The notes beneath the pieces were generated by a model. That model saw nothing but the letters and a program-made list of their open reading frames with translations, was not told the DNA's origin and did no database searches. A DNA stretch of 62,506 nt, the filler included, from Porpidia crustulata (Eukaryota), in the NCBI GenBank assembly GCA_964255105.1. It is 6 parts of 6 records of this genome, joined end to end, with 100 filler letters (N's around TTAATTAATTAA, not from the genome) between each part and the next. Parts side by side here need not be neighbours in the genome. Positions count along the whole stretch, not along the records: positions 1 to 10,352 come from CAXUWE010000786.1; positions 10,453 to 20,796 come from CAXUWE010000787.1; 4 more parts are not named here. One strand, written 5' to 3'. Made by a program: the position numbers and the translations under genes. Positions 1 through 10,891 of this stretch are shown here, in pieces (position 1 is the first letter of the stretch; every line of letters starts with the position of its first letter).

Positions 1-541
1 CCGATGGATGGGGCGTTCGATCTAGTGTAGAGGTTGTGAAGTAGGTAGGTTTGATCAGGGGGTGAATGCGACAACCACAAGAAGCACGTTTCTCCCAAAG
101 GCATTTCCATTCCCCTTGCCTAAATGAAGCTAATCCCTCCCTCTTCTTCGTCTGTTATCTCTCCTCCGCCTCGCTCCTAACTCTGAACTAGATACCGGCC
201 TCGTGCCTCTTCACCCATACTATATCAGGGTATCCCTGACCTCCAAAAAAATTTGACTGCCACATCCGGGATTTCCGGTATTCGAGATACGTGGATGCTT
301 CAATCTGAACAGAAAAAGCAATCTGCTTGGTTGCCTGCAACATGTAGGAAAGGAGAAACAAATTACAGGTCCCGCTGCTGGGGAAAAAACGCCCATGCTT
401 GCTTGGATAATTTGGGGGGGAGGGGTGGTAATGACATGGTTTTAAAGGGGCAAGAGGGATAGAAGGGGGATGGTCTATGAAGGACATTGTATGAAGGTGA
501 GGGTTGGAAATGATGTGTTCCATGGATGAGAAGAACTCGAT

Positions 542-2755
542 TCACCCCTTTCTCCTCGGCCTTCTCTCAGTACCTCTGTAGCTTCTCCGATCGCCGTCTA
601 GATCTTCGTCCTGCAGTGGCACCTCCGCCCTCAAAGCCGACGATCTCCTCGCAATCCTCGCCGTGGGCGGTTGAGCTTTCCCAAGTCCGAGATCCTGGTT
701 GGCGGAACTGCTACCTCCAAGCCCAATCTCCTCGTCGTGGTCTTCGACTTCGACTTCTAGATAGCGGCCCTCGTCCTCGTCGTTCTCGTCGGAGCTGGGG
801 ACTTCGGATTCGGAGTGTGTGTTCTCGTAGTCGCCGTCGTCGGAGACTAAGCTGGGAGCTGGGTGAGATTCGATGGTGTTGGGAGAAAGGTTAAGACCAG
901 TTGATGTCAAATCGGTTGGGGAAATTGCTTGTGCTGTGGGAGTTCTGGTATAAGGCGACGAGTAGCTTGGTTGGGGTATGATGTTGTTTAAAAATCCGGG
1001 TTTCCGGGGTCCGTTCTTGATTCCTTTACTGCTTGGCGTGCGCTCTAGCGGAGCTGGAGACATAGCAGCGCGAGCGGGCAGGCGGCCTCCACGTGCTATG
1101 CTAGGTGTGTCGAGAGTCTGTGGGAGTTTTGCAGTCTCTGAGGTATCTACTATGTCATCCTGGTCGTCATCCTCGGTCATCAGTTGTGCGTCGGCATCAA
1201 CGTCGGGCTTGGTCTTGGCTTCTATGACCATTTCATCCAGGTCACCGCTCCAGCCTGTTTTGGCATACAGTGCGGAAAGATGAGGAGTTTGTGATGATGG
1301 TGTAAAGGACCCAGAGGTTGGTGTTTCAATGCCGAGCAAATGCTTAGGACTCCGCCACGCAGCAGTAGAAACACTGTTGTGGGTGAGACCTAGAGGATGA
1401 TTTGATGTTTGAGCGGGAACAGACTGTGATGTCCTCCGCCTGGGTGTTGCAGCTGTGGGTGTCATTTTGGTCGGCTGGCCAGGTCGATTGAGTGGATGCA
1501 CTAGTCCCACACTAGTGCCGCTCATGGGCGCAACTCCCGGCGACTCAGTAGCAACACCAACACCAGTAGTTGGGGTACTATCAGTCTCTACACCACAGGC
1601 TACAGCAGCTGCATCGTGGCTAGCGAAACCTCGGTTGTGCGCAATACGACAATGGTTGATAAATCCTTGGGCACTGTTGAAATTTTCCCGGTGGCAGTCC
1701 AGGCATACCAGCTTGACCATTTTACCATCAGTGGAGCGCTGAATAATCATCGGCCCTTTCTCTTCTTTGGATTCTGGGTAGCCGTGCGGAAGAGCATGAA
1801 GACGCGCATTGGCTGAACCTCGCTGAGTGCGAGATTTGAGCCCAACGGTGCTCTTGTCGGCGATGGATCCCCGGGTCGTCCGTTCCGGTACAGTCTTATT
1901 ACCCGTGCGCAGTGGATGTGGGCTTTCAGCAATGCTACCATCAAAGGCTGGGTCCGGAATGAGCCATTTTTGGTAATGACGGGTGTAAGGGCCATCGGTA
2001 ACACCCCAAGGCGGCGGAGACTGTATGTGACTAGTGTACGACGGACCAAACCCACTGCTAACTGCTTGCATATCCTCGTATCTAGATGATATCGCCGGAT
2101 AGGGAATGACATGGCAGCGGCGTAGTTGCTCCAGCGCTGTCTGACATTTCGCAATTTCTTGGTCGACTAAGCGCAACTCTCTATGTTTGAGAAGTATTTC
2201 AAGACTGAATTGCGATTCAATAACTTGCTGAAGAGGTGTCATCACTGATGGGTCGATGTCGTTGCTAGGTTCAGAGTTTTTTTGGGCTTGCCCTTTTCGC
2301 TCTAACATGCCAGCACTAGGAGTTTTTTGTGGGTTGCTGTTGCTTTCCTGGGACTTCCTTGGTTCCATATCATTGCGATCGAAGCTTCTTCCAACTTGAA
2401 GATCGCCATGGTTCACAGGACTTTGTGGCAGCACCTCCTGGGTCGTGTTTGCTTTTTGTATTTCCGGTGATGCCTCAGAATAAGCGGAGACTTTATGTTC
2501 ACCGTATTGTTGAACATGATGAGGCGCATTCATGATGGCTGGAAGACGCGGAAGTTGAGCATGACTCAAGTGCTCGGTCCTTCTCTTTACGGGGTTGCGT
2601 TCCGGCCCACCGCTGACTCCTCGCTTCCGCTTCATCTTGTTCAACAATGACATCTGGGCGACAGACGACTTTGGCAATGACGTCGTGGTGAAGTGGTTTT
2701 TCTCCGTCACCACCTTCTCGTTCCGGCTTCCGGTATTCCATGGAAGCAGAAACAT
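542..2755 (-). CDS. AHC1: ADA histone acetyltransferase complex component 1-like protein with C2H2-type zinc finger
   Basis: Long ORF with conserved block IESQFSLEILLKHRELRLVDQEIAKCQTALEQLRRCHVIPYP, a PPPWGVTDGPYTRHYQKWLIPDP motif and zinc finger LVCLDCHRENFNSAQGFINHCRIAH. Start placed at MFLLPW (2755); the ORF track starts at 2767. Confidence 0.8.
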   Translation of the reverse strand: MFLLPWNTGSRNEKVVTEKNHFTTTSLPKSSVAQMSLLNKMKRKRGVSGGPERNPVKRRTEHLSHAQLPRLPAIMNAPHHVQQYGEHKVSAYSEASPEIQKANTTQEVLPQSPVNHGDLQVGRSFDRNDMEPRKSQESNSNPQKTPSAGMLERKGQAQKNSEPSNDIDPSVMTPLQQVIESQFSLEILLKHRELRLVDQEIAKCQTALEQLRRCHVIPYPAISSRYEDMQAVSSGFGPSYTSHIQSPPPWGVTDGPYTRHYQKWLIPDPAFDGSIAESPHPLRTGNKTVPERTTRGSIADKSTVGLKSRTQRGSANARLHALPHGYPESKEEKGPMIIQRSTDGKMVKLVCLDCHRENFNSAQGFINHCRIAHNRGFASHDAAAVACGVETDSTPTTGVGVATESPGVAPMSGTSVGLVHPLNRPGQPTKMTPTAATPRRRTSQSVPAQTSNHPLGLTHNSVSTAAWRSPKHLLGIETPTSGSFTPSSQTPHLSALYAKTGWSGDLDEMVIEAKTKPDVDADAQLMTEDDDQDDIVDTSETAKLPQTLDTPSIARGGRLPARAAMSPAPLERTPSSKGIKNGPRKPGFLNNIIPQPSYSSPYTRTPTAQAISPTDLTSTGLNLSPNTIESHPAPSLVSDDGDYENTHSESEVPSSDENDEDEGRYLEVEVEDHDEEIGLGGSSSANQDLGLGKAQPPTARIARRSSALRAEVPLQDEDLDGDRRSYRGTERRPRRKG

Positions 2756-4284
2756 GCCATGCGACACAGTGAGTACCGCTTATCAACAGATTCTGGAAGC
2801 TTCTTATGAGTGCAGGTATTATGATAGTCGCGAACCAGAAATGTTATCCACCAGAAGTACGTTAACAGATCAGTGTCGGGTTACGACAATAACTCCGATG
2901 ACGAAAATTGAATGCACATTCGTAACCTGAGTAGAAAATGGGTGAATATCGTCCGGACGATAATTGTCTGAAGTGGTTGCGTCAGAGACAGTGGTGAATG
3001 GAAAGCGTACGGGCGCAATATCGTGATGTTGTGCAAGGCGATAAAGCAGAAGCAGAATCACGCGACCACCAAGGCGGCAAATTGATTATAAATCGATGTA
3101 AAGTGGCCGTGAACTTAGTATGAGGTAGAAAAATCGTTCGTTTATTAAATAATGGTTACATAACTAGGTGTTCAGTCGAGTTGGAAAAGGTTCAGAAAGT
3201 GGTGATGCACAGGTTTCCTAACGTAGGGTAGGGGTAGGGTTATTGACGTCTACAAGAGAAGAGGAGAGAGGGAGGGATCAGCAGGAGACATACGAGGCAG
3301 GGTCTACTATGTAGGTGTGGCACTACTAAAATATATCGGCCTTCCCGCGCATGAAAGGGACCGTGGGCGACACAGTCGGGCGCATCATATACCATGGAAG
3401 ATAGGGTATTCTAGGCTGCCAGTCTGAAATGTACGCTAATTCCCACCTTAATGCCGAAGCTGCAATTGGAAACACGGAAACAGGGATGATCGAAAAAAAT
3501 GGATAGATATAATTGGGTAGGAGATATAAGGGGTCCATATTAGGCTATCCGAAATGGATACCTGCTTTATGGCGACACAATGCCACAAGGATTACTGATA
3601 TGTATGTATTTCCCAGTTGAATCCCCGTCTACAGATCTCTGTTATATTTTCAGAGAGTGTGTGCAGAGTGCTTGAAGTGGTACTTGGGTACTTAAGGCAG
3701 GGCATCATGGAGTGTGACGACTGTGAAGGCCCAGGCCTTTGGTCTTACCCTCAAACATGAAACGTGCGTGTACTCTCCGATTTCTCCTTGCCTGATTGAA
3801 CAGTCACATACTCCATCTGGATAAGGGTCTAGATGCAGCGGGACGGTTTCTTATCGTGCAGCTCGGCAACGCCAATCCTTCTACGTTGAGCCTAGCGCCG
3901 GGAGCTTAAAGCTATGATGTCGATCATCGATACCTTCAAGTAAATTGGTAGTGGACTTTGTAGTCTATGAAGCTTTGTCGTCGACTTCATCCCCTATTCA
4001 CATCCTTGACGGCTGTCAGTTCCATGGTCGTGTAAGAATTCAAAATTGGATCCGACTGCGTATATCTCATTATGTTCAGGACTGCCGTATCGAGATATCT
4101 CATCTTGGATAGAGCTCGTTCAAATTTGTTGTAGTCGAAGTCCCCATTCAATTTCCAGAACCTTCATCTAGGGATACAATTCGTCCTAATTATCCAAGCT
4201 CCAAACCAGATTTGCATATCTTCAATAGCTCTGACAAAAGCTTCAAGTAAAGTAAGGGTAGCGTCATGGTACTCTCGCATAAAC

Positions 4285-5275
4285 ATGGCACGTACAAAGG
4301 GCAAAAAGACTTCATCAGGACATGATGAAGTGAGGAAGAAGGACCTCACTATGTCGAAAACCTCACGTATCACTAAGCCGCGAACGCAGCCGCAAACCCA
4401 AACCCGTAAGAATGGTCAGCGGCAATCATCGGGACGTGACGAAGCTGAGAGAAAGGACCACACCACCTCAAACCTGACTTCGAAGGCCACTTCAAAAGCT
4501 TCAAAAATGATCCAACCGCAAGTTCAGGTCCAAAGTACAACACATCAAGCCTCACCTGACGCCCTTCCGAACAAGGTCCCGAAGCCAGCTATTACAGATT
4601 CTTCAGATCATCCAGATTCCCGCGAAGCCATGTCACTCACCAAAGACCCTAAAGTCATTCTTCCATTAGAGCTGGAGCAACTCAAATCCAGCTCCAAATT
4701 TACCATGATCTCCATCAGTACATCCTCCAAAATGGAAAAGAACGTGTCGAAACTCCTCCGCCACCTTGGAGAGACGACGCTCACTGATCAAGGCCTCAAG
4801 CCAACTGTCGTAATGTTAGGGGCGCGGCAAACCAGCGCGTCCAAGCTTGTCAGTATCGTCGAGATTGCCAAGACATCTCTGGAGCAGGCCGGCGAGAAAT
4901 GGTATCAATATACCAACGTAAGTGGAGCGATCCTTCCACCTACCCAAGCGCGCATCACACGACCGAACGGGGGCAAAGCTCCGAGCGATGGGCCGATCAA
5001 AACAAAGCAACCTACCAAGAGCACCACCGAAACCACGGAGCTACTGGAGGTGGAAGATACGGTGCTGATCGGCCACGAGGACGAAGAGGACGAAGATGCC
5101 TTTGAGACAATGGGTTCTGCCGGGATGCCCGCAAGAGCGGTCCCAGTCATAAAAATCTTCTTGTCTCGGGTTTCAGTGCCTGGGTTGGAGGAAATGTATG
5201 GGTAGGTCACATCGCCATGTCTACGCTTGGAAGGACTCACTGACCATTCGCTACAGCGAGCAGACGAACGGTTGA
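4285..5275 (+). CDS. Alba-like DNA/RNA-binding domain protein, 2 exons (4285-5201, 5257-5275)
   Basis: Motifs SSKMEKNV, ASKLVSIVEIAK, KWYQY and RAVPVIKIFLSR resemble fungal Alba-like proteins. Intron GTAGGT..CTGAC..CTACAG (5202-5256) gives the C-terminus YGEQTNG*. Confidence 0.7.
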
Positions 5276-5885
5276 ATGGAGGGGTCGAAGGGGGAAGAGG
5301 GAAGGGAAATGTGGAGGTAGAGAGGAGGAGAAGGGGCGGAAATGGGAAATGGTCGTGTCATTTATTCGCTACGTGCTTTTGCCATGGAGGGATACCCCAT
5401 TCACGTTTGTCAGCTCGGCGGATCTCTCTCTAGTTCACCACAATGCTCTCCTTTCGCTTATTCTTCTGAAGACTACCCGAAACGCCTCCGCCGAACGTTC
5501 GCACATCCACGATCGAAGGATCACTCCTGCCTGACGCGCAAGCCATCACCACGACATCTGGCCACGGGAAACAACCGCTGATGTATTGATACAGTAACCA
5601 TACAATTCTCTGGATCCAATATCGCGTCCTGCAAGCGAGGTGGATTCTCTCCAATGACTGGCTCAAGAGTTTTATTTGTCAGGACCATATCATGACCTAC
5701 AAACCTGCAAACCCCTTATCTACTCACAATATCAGAGGCGAAATTGCAAAATTGCGCCATTGAAAAATATCCCCATGGCGGCATCTGACCAAGCCATACA
5801 TACATATAAACTAGAGGGTCGCCATCTCCGTGCGAGATGAGAATTTAGCGAAAACGATCACTAAAACAGTCAAATTTAGATCGAA

Positions 5886-5987
5886 TTTGATGCTTCATTC
5901 AATGCTTCATTTAATGTTCGCTCGGTGCTTAATTTAATGCCCACCCAGTGCTCAGTTTAATGCCCACTCAGTGCCTCATTGAATGCC
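5886..5987. repeat. Degenerate minisatellite, 23-bp period built from 11-12-bp subunits
   Basis: Units TTTAATGTTCGCTCGGTGCTTAA, TTTAATGCCCACCCAGTGCTCAG and TTTAATGCCCACTCAGTGCCTCA at 5910, 5933 and 5956, preceded by two 12-bp TTYRATGCTTCA units. Confidence 0.8.
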
Positions 5988-6464
5988 GGAACAGCTCGGG
6001 CGCGCTTAACTAATCTTCCCGTCTAATACACAATACCACGCCTTTACGAACCTGCCAATCAGTGAAACCAAATTTTGTAGAGGCTGAGCGCGTTCTCGGC
6101 TCGACAGACATGTCCAATGCTCTTTCCTCACCGCTATCTCAGTTTTCCGTCATTCTACTTCAGTTTCAATTCGTTGTTGACTCGCATTCAGCTGACTTGA
6201 ACACTTGCTCGCCCGAATGCTGCGGACTTGATGGCTGACAGCAATTTCCAGCCCCATAGCCATGCGACTGAGGCGGCTTACATGCAAGACAAAGATTACT
6301 ACCTTCGTAAACGAGTCCTATCGAACAGTTAAATAAAGCTTTTCAGGCCGGTGAGAGTGGTAGAATTGATGCATCGTCGGGCGACTAGGGTCTCTAACTT
6401 GCCTGTCCACGGGAAAGAAGATGTTACCAATAGTGAGATGAAAGTAAGATGTCCAAGATTCATC

Positions 6465-6471
6465 TATAAAA
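6465..6471 (+). promoter_or_regulatory. Putative TATA box of the small secreted protein gene
   Basis: TATAAAA about 180 nt upstream of ATG 6646, followed by a CA/CT-rich leader. Confidence 0.5.
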
Positions 6472-6645
6472 GAGGAAGGGTGTCCCCCATTTCTCTTACA
6501 ACTCAACCAAGAAACACACTTCAATTCACCAGACTCACCAGAACTTATCCCCCACACAAAAAGTATGGCTCCTCTCTTCGAGTTCTCTCTTCTTCCAATG
6601 CATATACTCACGAGTGACTTTCCTTAGATAAACTCCAACTCCAAG

Positions 6646-6969
6646 ATGCAACTCCCCAAGTCATCCCTCGTGTTTCTTCTGACGCCATTCCTGGTTTCAA
6701 GCGCCTACGCCCAGTGCGATTGCATCCACAACGGCGACGCCGCACGGTGGAATGATTCCGATGCGCCCAACGACAGGATTGCGGCACTGTGCGCCCAGGG
6801 CGGCGGCGGCAGCTGCTACCAGGCTCAAGCTGGCCTCATGTGCGTCCGTGGCGACTTGAGTCAGTGCGGCTGTGCCGTCTCCGCTGCCTCCCAGTGGCAG
6901 AGCTGGCACGGCGATTGGTTTCTTTGGTCTTCGGTAACCTGTAGTGAACTGTATGTTACCATCCAATAA
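6646..6969 (+). CDS. Small secreted cysteine-rich protein (107 aa, 8 Cys), unknown family
   Basis: Signal-peptide-like N-terminus ending AYA|Q, 8 Cys, GC3-rich codons, upstream TATA box, no intron. Confidence 0.8.
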   Translation: MQLPKSSLVFLLTPFLVSSAYAQCDCIHNGDAARWNDSDAPNDRIAALCAQGGGGSCYQAQAGLMCVRGDLSQCGCAVSAASQWQSWHGDWFLWSSVTCSELYVTIQ

Positions 6970-8504
6970 GCGAAAATTGTCGCTCGAGGACAGGGGGCAG
7001 GTTGAATGGAGGAGAGTTGGTGGGAGAGGTCGGTTGCTGGAAGGAGTAGTGACTATTATAAGACTTATTACATTGATTTCTAGTTGAGCTGAGATTTATT
7101 ATATGGGGGATACTCGCGAGGACATTATTCAAGAGGAAACTTTGTATATGTATATCTAAGGAGTGCATTTCCAGTAATATAGGACCGCATTAGCAATCTC
7201 TGTTTAGACACTACAAGACATCTCCAACCCCTTATTTTAAGCAAAATCTCTTAACGTAACCACGACTGAGATTAATTGCTGTTTGTTAAAAGGAACCCCT
7301 TTCCAAGCAGGATGCAAACTTTTTACATGCAACCCAGCATGTTCAAAGCAGCAGTGCCCTCCAATCATAAGATTCTCTATGAGCGCGTAAGTCTTAGAGA
7401 TGGACTTGAATGGACGGAAACCGCCGTCATATTCCTGAGACTTCATTCGCTGACTTCGGCTCTTCTCTGTCCTGGCTGCGCGAAGTCACCAGATCACTGC
7501 TTTGACCCTGGAGCCTCACTCTGCTCTTGAAGCCCTCCAACTAATGTTGTCGCAGATTCAAGGGTCGGCGGAGCAACGGCCAAACCGTGGCAGGCGAAGG
7601 GCCACGGGGGCGTGAAGGTTCAGAGCGGCAGAATCAAGCGCATCGAGGCCTGTGAGCTCGTAGGGATAGATGTATATGATACAGTAGATCAGAGGTACTA
7701 GTCGTCAATTCCCACCATCCCTTGCTATATAGATATACTACAGAGCGCTCGTAGATACAAAGACCATAAACTAACTAAATACAACAATCTCACCATTTCA
7801 ACCAACAGTAAGAATGACCTCCAACAGATTCAGGGATCAGCGATTGGTCAGTACTAGAGTATCTCGAACATTTCCTACCATATGGTACACGCCCTCTCCC
7901 AGCAGCTGACCAGCTCCGTCGCTGCATTGCACCCTCAAAACTCTTACTGTACAGAAGGATTCGTGGTGGCGGAGCTGTCGCAATCTGAGACCGAGAGGCT
8001 ACGTTTGGGCAACGGTTGGTTACCCCTGCTTGGCGCTTAGTGGCTGTAGAGTGCATATCTCCATACACAACGTCCTCCAACTTGCTCAACATTGAGGGAT
8101 GCATTGTGCATGGCTTCTTCGTGTCAGTTTCTCACGAGCCGCCTGTGGGACATAAAAGGACTTGATAGGGGTACGCAGACTACGAGATTGGGGTTTTAAG
8201 AACTGGGCTTTTATTACCATCACTAAATCATCTCCAATGCCTCTAAATCAACACCAACCCTTCGATTATCTTTAGAATTTCAGCGTATCAACCGCGTCAC
8301 ACAGAGAGCCTTCTGTGCACTGGTTCAAGTACGATGGAGCTCAATCGCCGACTGACTAGACATGCGCGATGTCGATGAGGAACTTAGTGACTATAGACCC
8401 TAACCCTAATTGAACAATTTGAATCAAAATTTGGTTTTCCTTTGGTTTATCGGATTTCCAATACCCGGTTTTTTGAAAATTAAAAAGTGGTCTGATTATC
8501 CCTA

Positions 8505-9910
8505 ATGAATATCACTACTTTTGCTGAAGACAACATAGGCTTTGTGCCTGAGCCTGATGGTCGGGGGACTTTTGGGATCCTGTGGAGCTCCCTTGCCGTT
8601 TTGTTTCTAAACACGTGGACTGTCTTACATCTCAATATACCGAATCCGAACCGAAACTTCTGGCAAGGGACGCTGCATAAACTAAAATGGATTACTATCT
8701 CTACCATAGCCCCAGAATTTATCTCGCTCATGGCAGCTGACGACTACGACTCGGCGAAGACGCTGCAGCGGATGATGAAAGGACGTGTCCACTGGTGGAC
8801 TGTGACACACGGATACTATGCCAATATGGGGGGCTACAAGGTAAGCTCCAATCTTACATCAGGGCTGGGAAGTGATTGATGCTCTTACCAGTCCCGGCAT
8901 CTTTTGCACCGCAACGCAACGAGACCCTCGAGATATCGCAATACCTTATATCCTGCTGATCAAACTTCCAGGTGATAAGTGAGGCTGACGGCGTAACGTA
9001 TAGCTTTGTGGGATTGGAGCTTGTCTGGTTGCATTTGAATCATTTCGTTGAAATCCCCGAAATATCAGAGGAGAGGATCAAGCAATGGAGCAATACTGAT
9101 AGCATGGCGAAAGTGCTGGCATGTGCGCAGTCTCTCTGGTTTCTTATTACTTGTCTCGGTCGGGTCATTCAGCAGCTACCTTTCTCAACCCTCGAAATCT
9201 TCACCGTCTCGTTTATTGGATGTACCTGGATCAACTACTATTTCTGGTGGCACAAACCTCAGGGCCTGGAGACAGTCACGTTCATCCACGTCCCACATCT
9301 ACTCGAACGCACTCTAGATGCAATGGAAGAGGCCGTGCAACTGGGCAGGAGAGATGAGTGGAGAAATTTCGCCATCAGCTCGTTAAGTAACGTGGGGGAT
9401 AATTTTCGACGAAAGCGTACAGCGATTGAGCACGTGACGCGCAGATCATTGCGAGTAATCGAGCTGACGGGTGTGAGTAACTTGCCACTGGGATCAGATC
9501 GGGATCTTTTGGGATGGGAAGACCTCATGAATGATGCAATGCTGGGCTATTGGGGGGAGTCATGGCAATTGGCATGCGCAACATTCCCTGGCATCCTGAA
9601 TAGTGCCTTCGACAGTATTGCCTGGAACTTTGACTTTCCTACGCCGATCGAATCGCTGTTGTGGAAGATCTCTACCTGTACTAGTACGGGACTTGCACTT
9701 GCAGCGATGGTCTACACCCTCGTAGACTGGGCCGTGACCAACAAGAAAGACCGTCAACAGCTCGAGTCCATCACCTTCAAATGCTACGCGATGGTATACT
9801 CTTTCCTACGCTTATACGTCATCGTGGAGATTTTTATCGGCTTGCGCGCACTCCCAGGAGGGGTATTTCGCACTGTGGCCTGGTCTAAATATTTCCCTCA
9901 TATATTCTAG
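8505..9910 (+). CDS. Uncharacterised fungal multi-pass membrane protein, 2 exons (8505-8840, 8972-9910)
   Basis: Family-type motifs FVPEPDGRGTFGILWS, WTVLHLNIP, APE, THGYYANMGGY, WWHKP, AWNFDFPTPIESLLWK and LRALPGGVFRTVAWSKYFPH. Intron GTAAGC..CTGAT..TTCCAG joins the two ORFs in frame. Confidence 0.8.
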
Positions 9911-10352
9911 GATCGGATAGTAAGGAAGTCCCAGTCGACAGTAGAGTGTTTTGAGGCAAGAAAGATTACGCCTGGCGAAAAGGGGGAAAGGTGAGGTGAA
10001 ACCTGCTGTGCCTCTGCACTACCCCTGCAGTGCCTCATATGCTCCCTCAGTACTCCCTCAGTACTTCCCCCAAAGCGGCCTTGACTCCATTTCCCGAACG
10101 AAAAAGGCAACCCCCAATCCTAAATTTGGGGGTGTGTGTAACATATATAGGTGTATGTAACATATGTATATAAAAATTTCCTTCAACCTCGCTTGAAGAA
10201 ACAAAGTTTTCGTTTCAGAATTGACGGGGTAAAGATGTTTGGATCTGTAAACAATTAATCATTTATGATACTTAATTGTTTGTGTTATATTCAGAGGTGG
10301 ACAGATCTGCGTTTGACGTCGCCGTTATCTTTTCACCATTGAGGAGCTTTTG

Positions 10353-10452
10353 NNNNNNNNNNNNNNNNNNNNNNNNNNNNNNNNNNNNNNNNNNNNTTAA
10401 TTAATTAANNNNNNNNNNNNNNNNNNNNNNNNNNNNNNNNNNNNNNNNNNNN
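10353..10452. other. Artificial contig linker (44N-TTAATTAATTAA-44N)
   Basis: Seen directly; the core encodes stops in all six frames. Confidence 0.98.
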
Positions 10453-10464
10453 GGATAGGTATAC

Positions 10465-10891
10465 CTTTGAACATATCCTTGCGCTGGCCATTGAGAATGC
10501 ACGTCCTTGATTTGAGATCTTGGCTGCGCAGCCATTTGGCAACCGCCATCGTTTTTGGATCTGGAGGTCCAGGCGTGATCGGGACTTGTTGGCCGGCCTG
10601 ACCTTGTGCTTGTGGTTGTCCACTTTGTTGTGCTGCGGCTTGCTGCTGGGCCATTTGCTGCTGGCGCTGATGGTTTGCGATGGCCTGTTGTTTGAGGTTG
10701 TTGATGTATTGCTCGACGGTCATCCCTGCCTTTTTGGCGTCGGCTTCTATCTGCTGGCGTTGCCAGGCTTGAAATTGCTGGGGCGTCATGCCTCGTTTTT
10801 GCGCTTCTTGTGCGATCTGGGCTTGCATGGCCGCAATTTGTTCGGGAGAGGGTTGCATGCCTGGCATACCTGGATTGGGTGGCGTCGCCAT
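10465..10891 (-). CDS. SEC62: ER translocation protein Sec62, first exon (gene truncated at contig edge)
   Basis: Gln-rich N-terminus followed by PITPGPPDPKTMAVAKWLRSQDLKSRTCILNGQRKDMFK, typical of Pezizomycotina Sec62. GT donor at 10464. Confidence 0.8.

Noticed and set aside
5886..5987. CRISPR-like array
   Set aside because: Contiguous tandem units with no unique spacers, in eukaryotic DNA.
6030..6100. U5 snRNA-like signal (CGCCTTTACG followed by AATTTTG)
   Set aside because: Does not match the invariant loop GCCUUUUAC and I found no convincing enclosing stem; an Rfam cmsearch would settle it.
8398..8409. Telomere-like CCCTAACCCTAA (also near 59254, and GTAGGG repeats near 3223)
   Set aside because: Only about two units at interior positions; too short to call interstitial telomeric sequence.
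10397..10408. Regularly spaced TTAATTAATTAA as a biological repeat or CRISPR-like array
   Set aside because: It is embedded in N runs and is a six-frame-stop linker.
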